Assembly: GCA_050084985.1 (NCBI GenBank)
Contig: JBITNC010000001.1
Span: forward strand, 101,060,001-101,124,000
Length of the DNA: 64,000 bases
DNA from: Nageia nagi
Taxonomy: Eukaryota > Plantae > Pinophyta
Reading direction: 5' to 3'
Below are positions 41,001-53,000 of this stretch, piece by piece. The translations under genes and the position numbers were made by a program. How positions within the stretch are numbered: position 1 is the stretch's first letter; each line of letters starts with the position of its first letter. The notes under the pieces are model-generated. The model was not told the origin of the DNA. It ran no database searches and worked only from the letters and a program-made list of their open reading frames with translations.

Positions 41001-44000
41001 TTCAAAAGGCTATAACTTTTGCATCGGGACTTCGTTTTTCGAACCATTTGAACAGTAGGAAAGAAGAAGAAGAGAGCTTCAACTTAAAAATATAAAAGAT
41101 GAATTTTGATATGCCAACACATACAAAAAATCTAAAGTTGTTCACTCATTTAACAGATTTTATTTCAATTTTATTGTGTTCAACAGATTTTATTTCAATT
41201 TTATTGTGTTCAAGGATTTCATTTACAATATAATGAGAGGATCTTATTTGCAAGATAAAACTACATGCAACAACTATTGAAATGCTTACAACATATGGGA
41301 ATCATGATTCTGAATGCTAAAGATCCAAAGGAAGAACACTAATCAAGGATCAAAGAACGAGTACAATGGATCAAGTAGATGGAAATTTCAAGAAAGTATG
41401 GAGCAATTCCAGCCAAAGCAAAATGAGTACGATAGTTTTGAATCAATTTGATCGAGACTTTCACCATCAACAATTTGGAGAAGACGATTGTCAATTTTCA
41501 AGTTGTCATTGGAAATGTCACATCATGATATGGTTTCATAGTTTGTCCCATGTCATGGTCAGGGACATGAATTTTGATGTAATTAATTTTTATATTTCAG
41601 TTTTGATGTAATTTTGTCAAAATGTTGTTAAAGTTAGTTTAACAATAGTTAAAGTTACTCAACAAGTTAGTCAAGGTGTGTAGGAAGTTCATAAGTCATA
41701 GAAGTTTAAGAGTCTAGGTAGTTGAAAAGTTTAGATAATTGAAAGGTCTAGGTAGTTGAAGGGTCAAGGTAAATGAAGAGTCAAGCATTTTCATACCATT
41801 ATAAATTGTGAGAGACTCCTCATTTGTAAGGGCTCTCTAAAGACTAAAGAATTGATGTAACAAGGATCTTGCTATATCAATAAAGACATCATTTTGCTTC
41901 TATCTTGTGTTGTTCATTTCTTATGAGATCATTTCAAAGATGAAGATTGAATTTACAAGTCTTATGCAATAATCTTGCCTTTGCTTCTGAATTGATGTCC
42001 TTTTATGAGTTTGAGTTTTAATAGTTAACTTGTTGATCCACATGGGTCATTTCGAAAGTTTGATTATCCATGGGTAGAGGTTAGTGCATCAAGGATATCT
42101 ATGCTTGGAATCAGACATACTCTATCAATCTAGTGATTTAGATCAGCAAGGTGAACACCCTTGGAAGCTTGTAGGAAGGGTGCTAACGGTATACCCTATG
42201 GTGCTGATGATGTTGACATCGTTCTGTCTAAGGATCTGAAGCGAGAAACTAAACGATCAAGGTTATTTCAGTTACCCATGTTCGTTTTGGAAGTTGCTTG
42301 GTCAGTTGGAAACGGTTCGACATTGATTCGTGGTTATTTCTCTTGGTTAAATCCATTGATCAAGGTTATTGATATTGTTATTGTTGTTAGCACCATTGTG
42401 ACTGTTGTTGACAAAATTTGGTTACTCGATTGATGATATTATGAAGGTTCAAAAGGGTTGCACAAGTGAGGAGGCTTTTAGATTGTATATTGTAGAGCTT
42501 ACTCAATATTATTGCATATTTGTCATGTTATGCTGGCCAATAATTTAAAAGCACCCATCAACTGGATGTACTCTCACACTAAACGGAACAAGTATACATT
42601 TATGAGTCTCATCTATTTGTGTGTGTGTATTTTTACTATTGTATTTCATTTCTAGTTTTATAGTATTATGCTAAATACATATGCAATGTTGTATGAGCAA
42701 TAAAAGTAAGTAATTTGTATTTGAAGATCCAAGTAAGCCATAGGTTTCAAGTGATTACAGATCTTGAGAAAATATCTTGAGAAAAGACATATATGAAGTC
42801 TTGTACAAAGTAGATGAAGTCTTGTATAAGCTACACAACATTTGATAACATTTTGAGAAAAGACATACATGTGGTAGTAGATTGGTATCTTAGTGTGAAA
42901 CCAAGCGAGCAAAAAACATTGGAAAAAATATGAGAACTCAACAATTTAATCAACTATGCAATTGAATTGGATTAAGTGATTTCTCTTGCAAGAAATATTC
43001 AACAAAAGTTAGCTCTTATGATAAAGGAATTCTTTGTCATGGGAAACATAATTCAAGTTATTACACCAATCTAAAGAGAAACTTGTTTCATTTCTTAAGG
43101 ACCACCTCATGAAAAATGAGGGGTTTTAACCCCTTTTTCCTTGACAAGAAAAAGTGGTAAATAGATCCTTTTGCAAAATATTAGGAGTTTCGCTCAACTT
43201 TTCCAATTCCTTTCACCAACAAACCGAGTGGTGAATCACACTTTTGTGAAGTCCCCCTTGCATGATTGTAATTAATTGTGGAATCCAATGGATTCCCCTT
43301 GTAATATATTTAGCTTGTGATAGAAGACTTAATGGGCAAATGGACCCCACTATAAGCCCCAAGTGGGACGTCTCCCTCCCAAGCATAGATTAGGTGTTTT
43401 ATTATACTTGGAGATCCCGATCTTGATTGTGGGAATCCCAATGTCTGTTTTACACTTAGATGGATGGTTGGGCACTTGTTTACATGTGCCAACCTTGGGG
43501 AGACTCCTAGACCCCCATGTTGGCCCATTATGACACCTAGATCCCACGCATGGCTCCTAGACCCACGTGGGCATGCGTGGCATTCCTAGGCCCCCACGTT
43601 AGCATTAATGGCACTTCAAGCCCCCACATTGGTATGCCTGACCCCTAGGCACCCATGTTGGGTATACTGGGCCCCCAGGAGGCTAACGTTGGGATTAAGG
43701 AGTCAAGTGATGACTCCTAAGTGAGATCCAAATAGAGTTGAGTGTATAAAGAGACATTGGAGCCTCATTGTTAGATATACATGATTATATTATTATCTCT
43801 TGATACTGTTCTATGGACACAAGTATTAGTAGAGCTAAGCAATCCCCTAGATGCAGCATCTAGGAGGGCTATCAAGCTAAAGGATCTTGATTGTCTACGA
43901 CATTGACGTAGCACCCTTGCCCATCCAATGGTATTCCGAGGTTGAGCTTCTACCATTCAATCGGTCACCAGGATTAGAAGAGGGCCCCTTCGATGGAGAG

Positions 44001-47000
44001 GATTAATGTTCTAAGAAAGCAAGGTTGTCCCATGGTTCTACTAGTCTGTCTAGCATTAAGGATACACGACTTGCCCTAGTTGGCTCCTTGGAGGCCAACA
44101 TCAAGCTCTGGGAGCTTAGTATTGTATCATTGTTCATTCTTTATCATATATATAGCTAGTGGGCATTCAGATCTCATATTATCTTATGCATGTGTCCATT
44201 ATTGCAATTTGTATTCGTCTATTTTATGCATGTATGAGCCAGACGTTGGCATTGTGAGGGTTTGATCATTGATATTTGCTTGTATTGGCCAAACGTTGGC
44301 ATCTTTGTGTTGTATGAACTTGTAGTGGATGCCCTAGCTCAGACGTTAGCAATATTGCGTTGGGAATGCTTAATGTTGATGCCCTAGACCAGACGTTAGG
44401 GGTTTTGTAATTGAATTTGCTGATTTGCACTTGAGTTGTGTTTGGGATCCTTACAACTTTGGTTCCAAGTTTGAGGATTTATCACCACCATTCTCCTTCT
44501 ACTCAATGGGAGTTGATCCTGATGCATATTGAACATGCATACAATTGGGAAATTTACTCTTCTATAGGACATACACATTTTGAGGTTTGCCCTAGGTTTT
44601 CAGCCATTGGCTCCATATGTCTTGCCCTTGTCTCCTTCTCCTACCACAACTCATCTTCATCTAAAAGTTTTCAATAAGTGCTTGAGCCTTGTCTTGTTCC
44701 TGACAAGGCTCAAGCATTTATTAAACACTTTTCGACTCTTCAATCCAACATTGTCTCCATCAAACCCACGAGAAACAAAAATTGCAAATGGAAAAACATC
44801 ATGTTCCTTATGATTTTCAAGTTGGTGATCATTTATGGCTATATCTCGACAAGCGTCATTTCCAAGACAAAGCATACATAATATGGCTCATACACCATTC
44901 TTCAACAAGTGTTAAGAATGCCTACCATCTCAATCTTCCTACACACTTAGGCATTCATGATGTTGTCCATGTTGACCTCCTCAAGCTTTATCACAAGTCC
45001 ACCTTGAAGACCAATTTCCCACCTAGCCATCCAATTGATGTGGTTCATGGATCGCAACTTTCACTCAATCATGTCTTTAACACCAAGACACATCAAACTC
45101 GTTAGGTTTGTACCACATCTTACATTGTTACCAAACAACGTCAACTTTCTCGTCATGCTCAATGGATTACTTGCCATCAATTGCCTCGGCATTTCCATCT
45201 TTGTTACAAACTTTGAAGTTCAAGCTTTTGTTCTTGGGAGGAATAATGAAGATTTCCATTGCATTGCCTAACATTCTCCAATCAGCTAACACATTACATA
45301 GTTATGCAAACTCCCTCGTCAACCATGATTCGTTATTCAAACAAGTTTTTGAGGCATGTATAAAACTCTGATGATTATGAATGAAATGTTGGCTGGATTT
45401 TGAGGCCCATAGCATGGGCAAAGTACTATTGCATGCCTCTTATGAGATTCAGGTGTCTACATTAGTAATGGTGATAGCATTCTTGTATCTCGATTCTCTC
45501 CTAATATCCATGAGTCCAACATGGAATAGTATTATGTGTTTTAGAGAGTGGGTAAAAGTTTATGCAAGCATTGGTGTCTGCAAAGGTTTGTGTGCATGTA
45601 GCACCTTGCTTTGACTATTATACCAAGGGGAAAAACCCCAAAGGCCACGTATTTTGCATTGGTAGTCTATGTGGATAGTCATAGAATACAATATTGTAGT
45701 TTAGTACAATCCTTTTGTGAGGTTGAGTTGTCTGCATTAGTCTAGTTGTGAAAGCACCTGGTTTTGTACTTATGCCTTTATGGTTATTATGGTTGAACAT
45801 GAGGTTGAAGTTATTATGTTGTTCTGTGAGAAATATTATATGGACAAGTTGAGTACCATATAAGGTTGAGTCCTCATACTTTAACATGTATTTTTGGTGT
45901 AACAGGTGTATAAACAAAGGTGCATTGGCAAATACTTTGTGTTACTGTTTCTTGTCTGTGTTCTGATTATTCCCATAGTTCAATATGGCTGTGTTATGTT
46001 GATGTCATATGTGAAATATCGACATCCATATATAGTGGTATTACAACATTTTCTTACATACTGGTATCAGAGCATTTTTACAAGTACAAAACCTACATGT
46101 AAATTCAATGATACAAAGTGGACTTCGTCAAATTAGAGCACTTTATGGTTAAAAAAGAAATTTGAAGATTTGAAAAATATTATAGATTGGTTTTGAGCAC
46201 ATTCAAGAAAAAACTGTAAATATACCTTCCAAAGGATCAATCTTTCTTGCATAATTCATTTCCTCATGTACACCAAAGTATAAATCATCCAGTGAATCTT
46301 TTCTCCTACCTCTTCCATGGACCCTTGGTTCTAGGACCTGTAAGAGAAATTATTGATAAACATATTCAAATCAGACGAAACCCACAGAATTCTTGAGCAA
46401 GTATATAACATCATATAAATACATAACAAGATTAGATTACGGGTCCAGATGGGTGTGGCAGTTAGTCTCTTTGTGTTGGCTTCTGAAGTTATATTTTGTT
46501 ATTAGGATTTATTCTCCCATCCTTTTTCTGATTTTGGAATTCTTGGTTTCCATGTCTAGACCGGTCTAGTATTTGCTTGTAAGGATTTGTCTTTCATTTT
46601 TTTGCTTGTAAATGGAACTTCTTTTATCTCAGAAGCAGACCTCTGTACATTCCCCATTTAACTTATATTTCCCTAAAAACAACTCTTTGGAAAAATAAAA
46701 AGTCAAACATAATAACTCAACTATAAGTTGTTCGTGAAGAAGTTAAGCAGAAGAGCCAATTACATTTAACGTAGGACAACAATAACATTTGTTTGGAGCT
46801 TCTTTATAACTACATCTAGGGATGTTTTGTCAACATCAAATAATTTAAGAAAAAGAATCAAACGGTGAGACACATATGTGAATGAATGTAAAAAGATGTC
46901 AACAACTATATAAGCCCGCAACATTCTGTATTTGGGTCAAAAGGTGTATGAGGTGGAACAGAAGCAACAAAAACCCCTTATTAAAAATAACAATTATGAA

Positions 47001-50000
47001 ATGGTCGACCGATAACCCACAGTATAATTAGTTTAGCTTTATTTAATTGTTTTCAGTACATAGCTTTATTTTCTTGTTCTTAGCACAAAGCTTTATTTTT
47101 CTTGTTTTTAGCATTCTTTTCTTAACTGTAGAAAAATTTGTATCTGATCATTTTCTTCTAGGATCCCATTTAATTTATTTCCTTCCAATACATGAATGAC
47201 TGACTGAACTACTGTGCCCTTGATGAAGAGTGTGCTGAACCAAGCAAGGAGATCCACTGCTCAACTATTTCAGCATCATGGTAGAATATCCTAATCTCCT
47301 TTGGATGATTTCATCACCTTAGTTAAATATTTAATCACTAAAGTAAATTCAGGTTGCTATGTTACCCTGAATTCGATATGTGGGATTTTCAGCATATAAG
47401 TCCTGCAATTGTTGATGGTTCCAAGCTTCGTGGTCAATGATAACATGATTTAAGACATGGCCAAGAAGAATTGGGATTTGTCTTGGATCTGACATCCTCA
47501 GGTAACTATACATTGTTCTTTAACATTCCACAATGCTTATCAAAAAGAACCAACTTCACAAAGAACTCTTACAATATTGTAGTTTAAACTAATTTTAGCA
47601 AAGTGATGATTTATAAAAAAATCAGCAAAGCTTATTTTTTTTATGACTGAGGAAATTTAACATGCACAGGAAATAGGCAATTGACAACTGCTGAAATTCG
47701 AATTAGAAAACTCTTAATTTTATTGAAAAACTACTTTTTTAAAATCCTAGGTTTTAGACAAATATGCCTGTCAGAGATAGAGACTCATCTTCGAGATGCA
47801 TGGAGACTCCAACCAACAACTCCTAGGCATTTCTGAGATATTTGCTGGCATTACATACTCAAAAATGGCACATCCCAAATTGGAACGCTTAAAAAGAGGG
47901 AAAAAATCTGAAAATGGGGGCCCAACTTTCCTAACAATCCAAAACTTCCCATTAATCCTATAACAACTTATGTTTACTCTGGATGGTATCGTACTTTCTG
48001 ATTGGATATCCCAACTGATTTTTCAAGCCTCTTTATATTAAAAATGTACTGTATTGTATTATGCTGACAGTATATACTCAAAAATACACACAATGGAAAG
48101 TAGAACCTATGGCACGTAAAGATAGCATACAGCATATAGGTGAAGCCTTGAAGGCATCAGCCAATGATCTTCCTGGAACAAATACCCCTCTGCGCCCAAT
48201 ACAGTGAGTGCATATAACAGATAGGATATGTTATATTAGTTCAGGGTGTATAAATATAGTCATCCTGTTTCTAGGACTGGATGCAAAAATACACATTATG
48301 CTAATATTCTCATGTACTCCTATCACCGTTGAAACCAACCCCACCTATTAAATTATACATATATCCCATTGATAAGAAGGTATGATAGCAGGTGGAAGTA
48401 AAAACCCAACCAGACTAACAAAGAAAGCCAAGCAGTCATCAAAATAAATGTTTTTTTAATTGCATACGATGAATTTAGTTATTTAGTAAGCTAACAATGA
48501 TATTTAGTATTTATTATTTAGTTTTAGCTCAGTAGTCAAACTCTCCAAGTCTTGCGACAATGCATTGATGTCCTCACCACTCTAGTTATCAAAAACCATA
48601 ATAGTGAAAGTCAGGTTTGACCAATATTTGTCTGGATTCAAACTTTTGAAATTCGACCATTTAAGCATTATTCAGCAAAAAAAGGTCGATAAAAAAGAGA
48701 GAAATTAAAAAAGAAAAACTAAAATTACATTAAAATGCATCAAACGATAAGTATTCAACAATTATTCAGTCTTGCTGAATTTTAAGCGATTATTCGACAT
48801 TGCTGAATTTTTAGGTGATTATTCCTATTCATTGACTCGGCAAATATTCGGCCACATAAACCAAATTTTCAAGATTATCTTCCTCAAACCATCCAACTAT
48901 TTCCTTCATTTGGTATATTCAAGAGGAACCCCTCATGCATTCCTTGCCATGTTGCAAAGTGTGGTCAAGAGGTGATTATTCGATGTTGCTGAATTTTTAG
49001 GTGATTATTTGATGTTGCTGAATTTTTAGGTGATTATCCGTTTTCACTGACTTGGCGAATATTCAGCCACATAAACCAAATTTTCAAGATCTTCTTCCTC
49101 AAACCATCCAACTCTTTCCTTCATTTGGTATAGTTCAAGAAGAACCCCTCATGCATTCCTTGCCATATTGCAAAGTGGGGTCAAAAGGTAATGCGCCTTA
49201 AAAGGTGAGAGGCAGCACTTCGCTGGCGCAAAGCCAAACTATTTTATGAATCAGTCTTTGCTATTTCCAAACAGTAAACTGGGAATTTCATATAATTCAT
49301 ATGATAAGGTGTTTCTAAGCCCTCCCAACAGTTCTGGTTCTTCTCCCTCCAATGGTCTTGGGCCTTGTAAACAATACTTCCTCAAACATTCCTTGAAAAG
49401 TTCATTAAACCATTTGATAATCTTTAATAGCTGTAACAGTTTCACAATTTTCAATAACTTGGATCATTTACCTATGCAGGGTAGTTGGCTGAGTCTCTCT
49501 TTCTTGGGCAGTATCAAAACTCCTCTCCCTTGGATACGTGTGTATTGAGGAAGAGCACCATAATGATCATCCTAGTTATGATATTTTTATAATGGTCACA
49601 TCTGTTACAAGTCCTTGGTAACATCAGGAGATTATAGTTTGTGATATGCTTATATTTTAGCAGGTCTCAAGAGAATCCAAGTTTTTTAAGTGGATGTGAG
49701 TCTCTTGGAGGTCTTATTTCAAGTGAACCTCATGTCATTGTTCGGTCTTATATGATTCCAAAGGATTTTTCTAGTGGTTTTAAGAGTTAAGTGGCAAGGT
49801 GGGCTAGGACTAATCTTCAAGATTAAGAACTGAATTTTTAATGTTTCTAAGACAACATTGACAAGCCATATCTCAAAGAAATAAGGTAAAGTTGATAGAG
49901 CATTTTATTATCTATTGTTGTGGAGACCATTTATGTTGTTTCTCCCATTCATTTAGAGCAATTTATGTTGTTTGTTGTGCATTGGAATGAAGAAGATTAC

Positions 50001-53000
50001 AACAGCGACTCTTCTCATAAGCCTTTGTTAACATCTCCTATGAATTTTGATGATTGGAGGCATCATGAGGGTAATGATGATAATTGTAAGCATTGAGTGA
50101 TCATGATGTTGCTAATGAGGCCCATATTTCTTAATTCCAGACTAATTGAGACTCGTGATGGTCCAATGGGTGGTCCTAAGGGTTGTGGGACTAGTATGGC
50201 AGTTGAATTTGCACTACTGTTGAAGATGCATAGCCTATATCTTGAGATACTTGTGATACTATCAGTAGGACATGTGGAGACTATGACGATTAATGATTTG
50301 GAAGTTCATGCAGGAGAATATCATTGATCATTACATTCAGAGACCTTTACATGCATATAAAGTAATGAATGATTGATATCTTTACTAAAGCATTGGTAAA
50401 GGTAGGTTCTGTGCACCTATGAGAAATGAATGAGATTTTGGAATCTACAATTGAAGCGGATTTTAACGTAATGGTACCTTCTATCATCATTTGTGTGTGT
50501 CGTCTATTTATTTATCTTATTTGCATTGTCCCTCAGTCATTCTTGACGGGGGATTGTAAAGTTATTTTATTAAGGTATATGAGTTAGGCTTGCCTTTTGG
50601 AAAAATCCATTGGTATCTCAAGGTGTTTATTAGACCAAAGCCCAAAATCACAAGTTGTGCTGTACCCTAAGCAAACCTCAAATTATAACCCTAGGCCTAT
50701 ATTTAGAAATTGTGGCTTGTTGATAATTCTAAAGTTTAGACAAAGTGACAAACACAACCCTATTTTATAAATCCAAAATCATATAGTTTCTTCAAGGTGT
50801 GCTTCATTGTGCTTTCTGTGGCTATGCAGAGTCATAGGGAAGGATAGTGCCTCAAAGGTCATACAATACATCTCAACCAATCTCTGCAGGATTCATGTCC
50901 AATGATAAAGCATGACTTTAAATTCTTAATAATGCAAAAAGAGAGTTGATAATATACTCATATTAATATTGGAAATAGAAATCTACAGATATGAACCTGA
51001 TTGTGGGTGGATGGCCAGATTGGTAATGATATTAAAATCTAAAAAAGGCCTAACCCAATAACTTGGGAAACATCTACATTATCCAAGTACCATTTTATGC
51101 AACTATGTTGCAGTAGGCAGGAATCATTATATCTAAATGATTGTCACTTTGGTCCTGCTATTTTCTGTCATAGTGAAATGTCATATGCCCCCTCCATTAG
51201 CACAAGGATGATGATGAAATGAACCTTCTTGAAAGTATTCAGCACAGTGAACGTTTTTGTCCCCAAAATTTGTGTCACATCACAGGTCATGGTGAGGATA
51301 CCATTGCATATGTTATAGATCATCTCACAATATACCAAATTTCTTTGTTTTTAGCCAATTTCTCAAGACCAAAGTGTATCAATGTAATTTGTCTAATACT
51401 TGTTTAAGACAATCTGAGCTCCCTAATTGATTTTACTCCACATTTCAGACCTTCCATGCTTGGATTTTAGTAGCAGGGCATTAGAGATTTATTACATCAT
51501 TGTAAAATAATAAAATCAATATTAGTTGAGTGGTTAGAACCACTCAGGTAGATAGGGATTGCATGAGTTGACTGTATCTATTCATAGGTATCATGTGAAG
51601 TGTTAGTTTGGAGTTAGAAGACAACCATGTTGGTTGTGCTCAACAAACTTTCTTGTATAAATATGCACATATAGCATAACAAATATATTGCATTGTGAAT
51701 TATTGCATGTTATCAGAACTAGATGATGCATTGTAGGGATGGTGAGGTTATCCTCCCAGCTGATTATGTGGAAAAGAATTGGGAGTTTACTTCTATAAGG
51801 CCATATTCACCATCCATTATAGCAGAACTGTACAAAGCATTATTGTGCTTCACATAGACCTAGAAATATATCAAATATATATTCATTAGAGAGAGGACTT
51901 CAAAAGCTTTCCAATGAGTGGTCATATTAAATATTTGGATCAGTATCAAGGGAGATATGGCTATCTAAAGTTGACCCTATGATTCAGATTTTTCACAGTT
52001 TTGCCATTCAGGAATGATCAAACTTTATTCCACACACAGAGTAAAGTTGTCAAATTTTTTAAGATTTAGTTTTTTTGAATCATTATCTATTTATAATTTT
52101 AATTGAGTATTTAAAAATTATTTTATGCCAAAAAAAGGTTTACAAGTTTATGATTATAGCAATTGTGTTCACAATTGAGTGTATAACTGATGGTATCCAC
52201 TTTATTTAAGTACTTGGAGTGCATGATCAGTGGTACCTAACACTACTAAAAATTTCGCAAGAGCAGTTCAGAAAAACGGGGCGGCATATATTCTTTCCCA
52301 ACAATCAACATACGCTTGATCAAGATTTTGACGATGTTTTGGTGAGTCACATGTGATCAAACAAAATCAAGGCTTGATGTACAACAAATAGAGTGAACCT
52401 CATAAGTAGTGATCTACTTTGTTACATATGGTGGTTGTAGCGATTAGTCATCCATGCAATTCAATAGGATGAGAAGGTTACCATAAGGACATTCATGGTT
52501 GAAAAAGAAAGCTCAAAGATATGTATGAGTAAGTGAAGGCCCACACCCCACTTATTGTGAATGGATGAGCTTGTCTCCATTTGTAAAATGATGGATGTGA
52601 TTGGATGTCTGTAATTACCCTGACTAGAAAATTTAAAAATTTTACAAATAAAATCAGACTTTCACAATTCCAATCTGAATACAAACCTTAAGTATGCAGG
52701 TCTACTCAAATTGTACCCTAGAATTTCAGATCTGAATAAATAGTGAAAGGAATTGTAGATCCAAACCCTCAATAATGAGATCATAATAAAATATTTGAAG
52801 TTTACTCAAATAAATCAGATCTGCAAAACTGCTCAGAAAATGACACAGAAAACCCTCAAACTGGCTGGATCTAGCCACATAAATTTCATAAAAAAATATC
52901 TGCAAGTGGCAATACAATATATGGCTATCAGAGTGCAAGAGAAAACCTCCAAACATGCAAAACAAATTGCCCAATGCTGGACGTCCCCGTCTAGGAGGAA

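Noticed and set aside
40950-42570. Probable long LTR of another family ending ...GCACCCATCA
   Set aside because: I could not define the 5' end, a TSD or a partner LTR, so it is not listed as a feature.
49200-50350. Possible L1 C-terminal remnant on minus (and an L1 3' end with A-tail near 57030-57490)
   Set aside because: Motifs are too eroded to support by eye.
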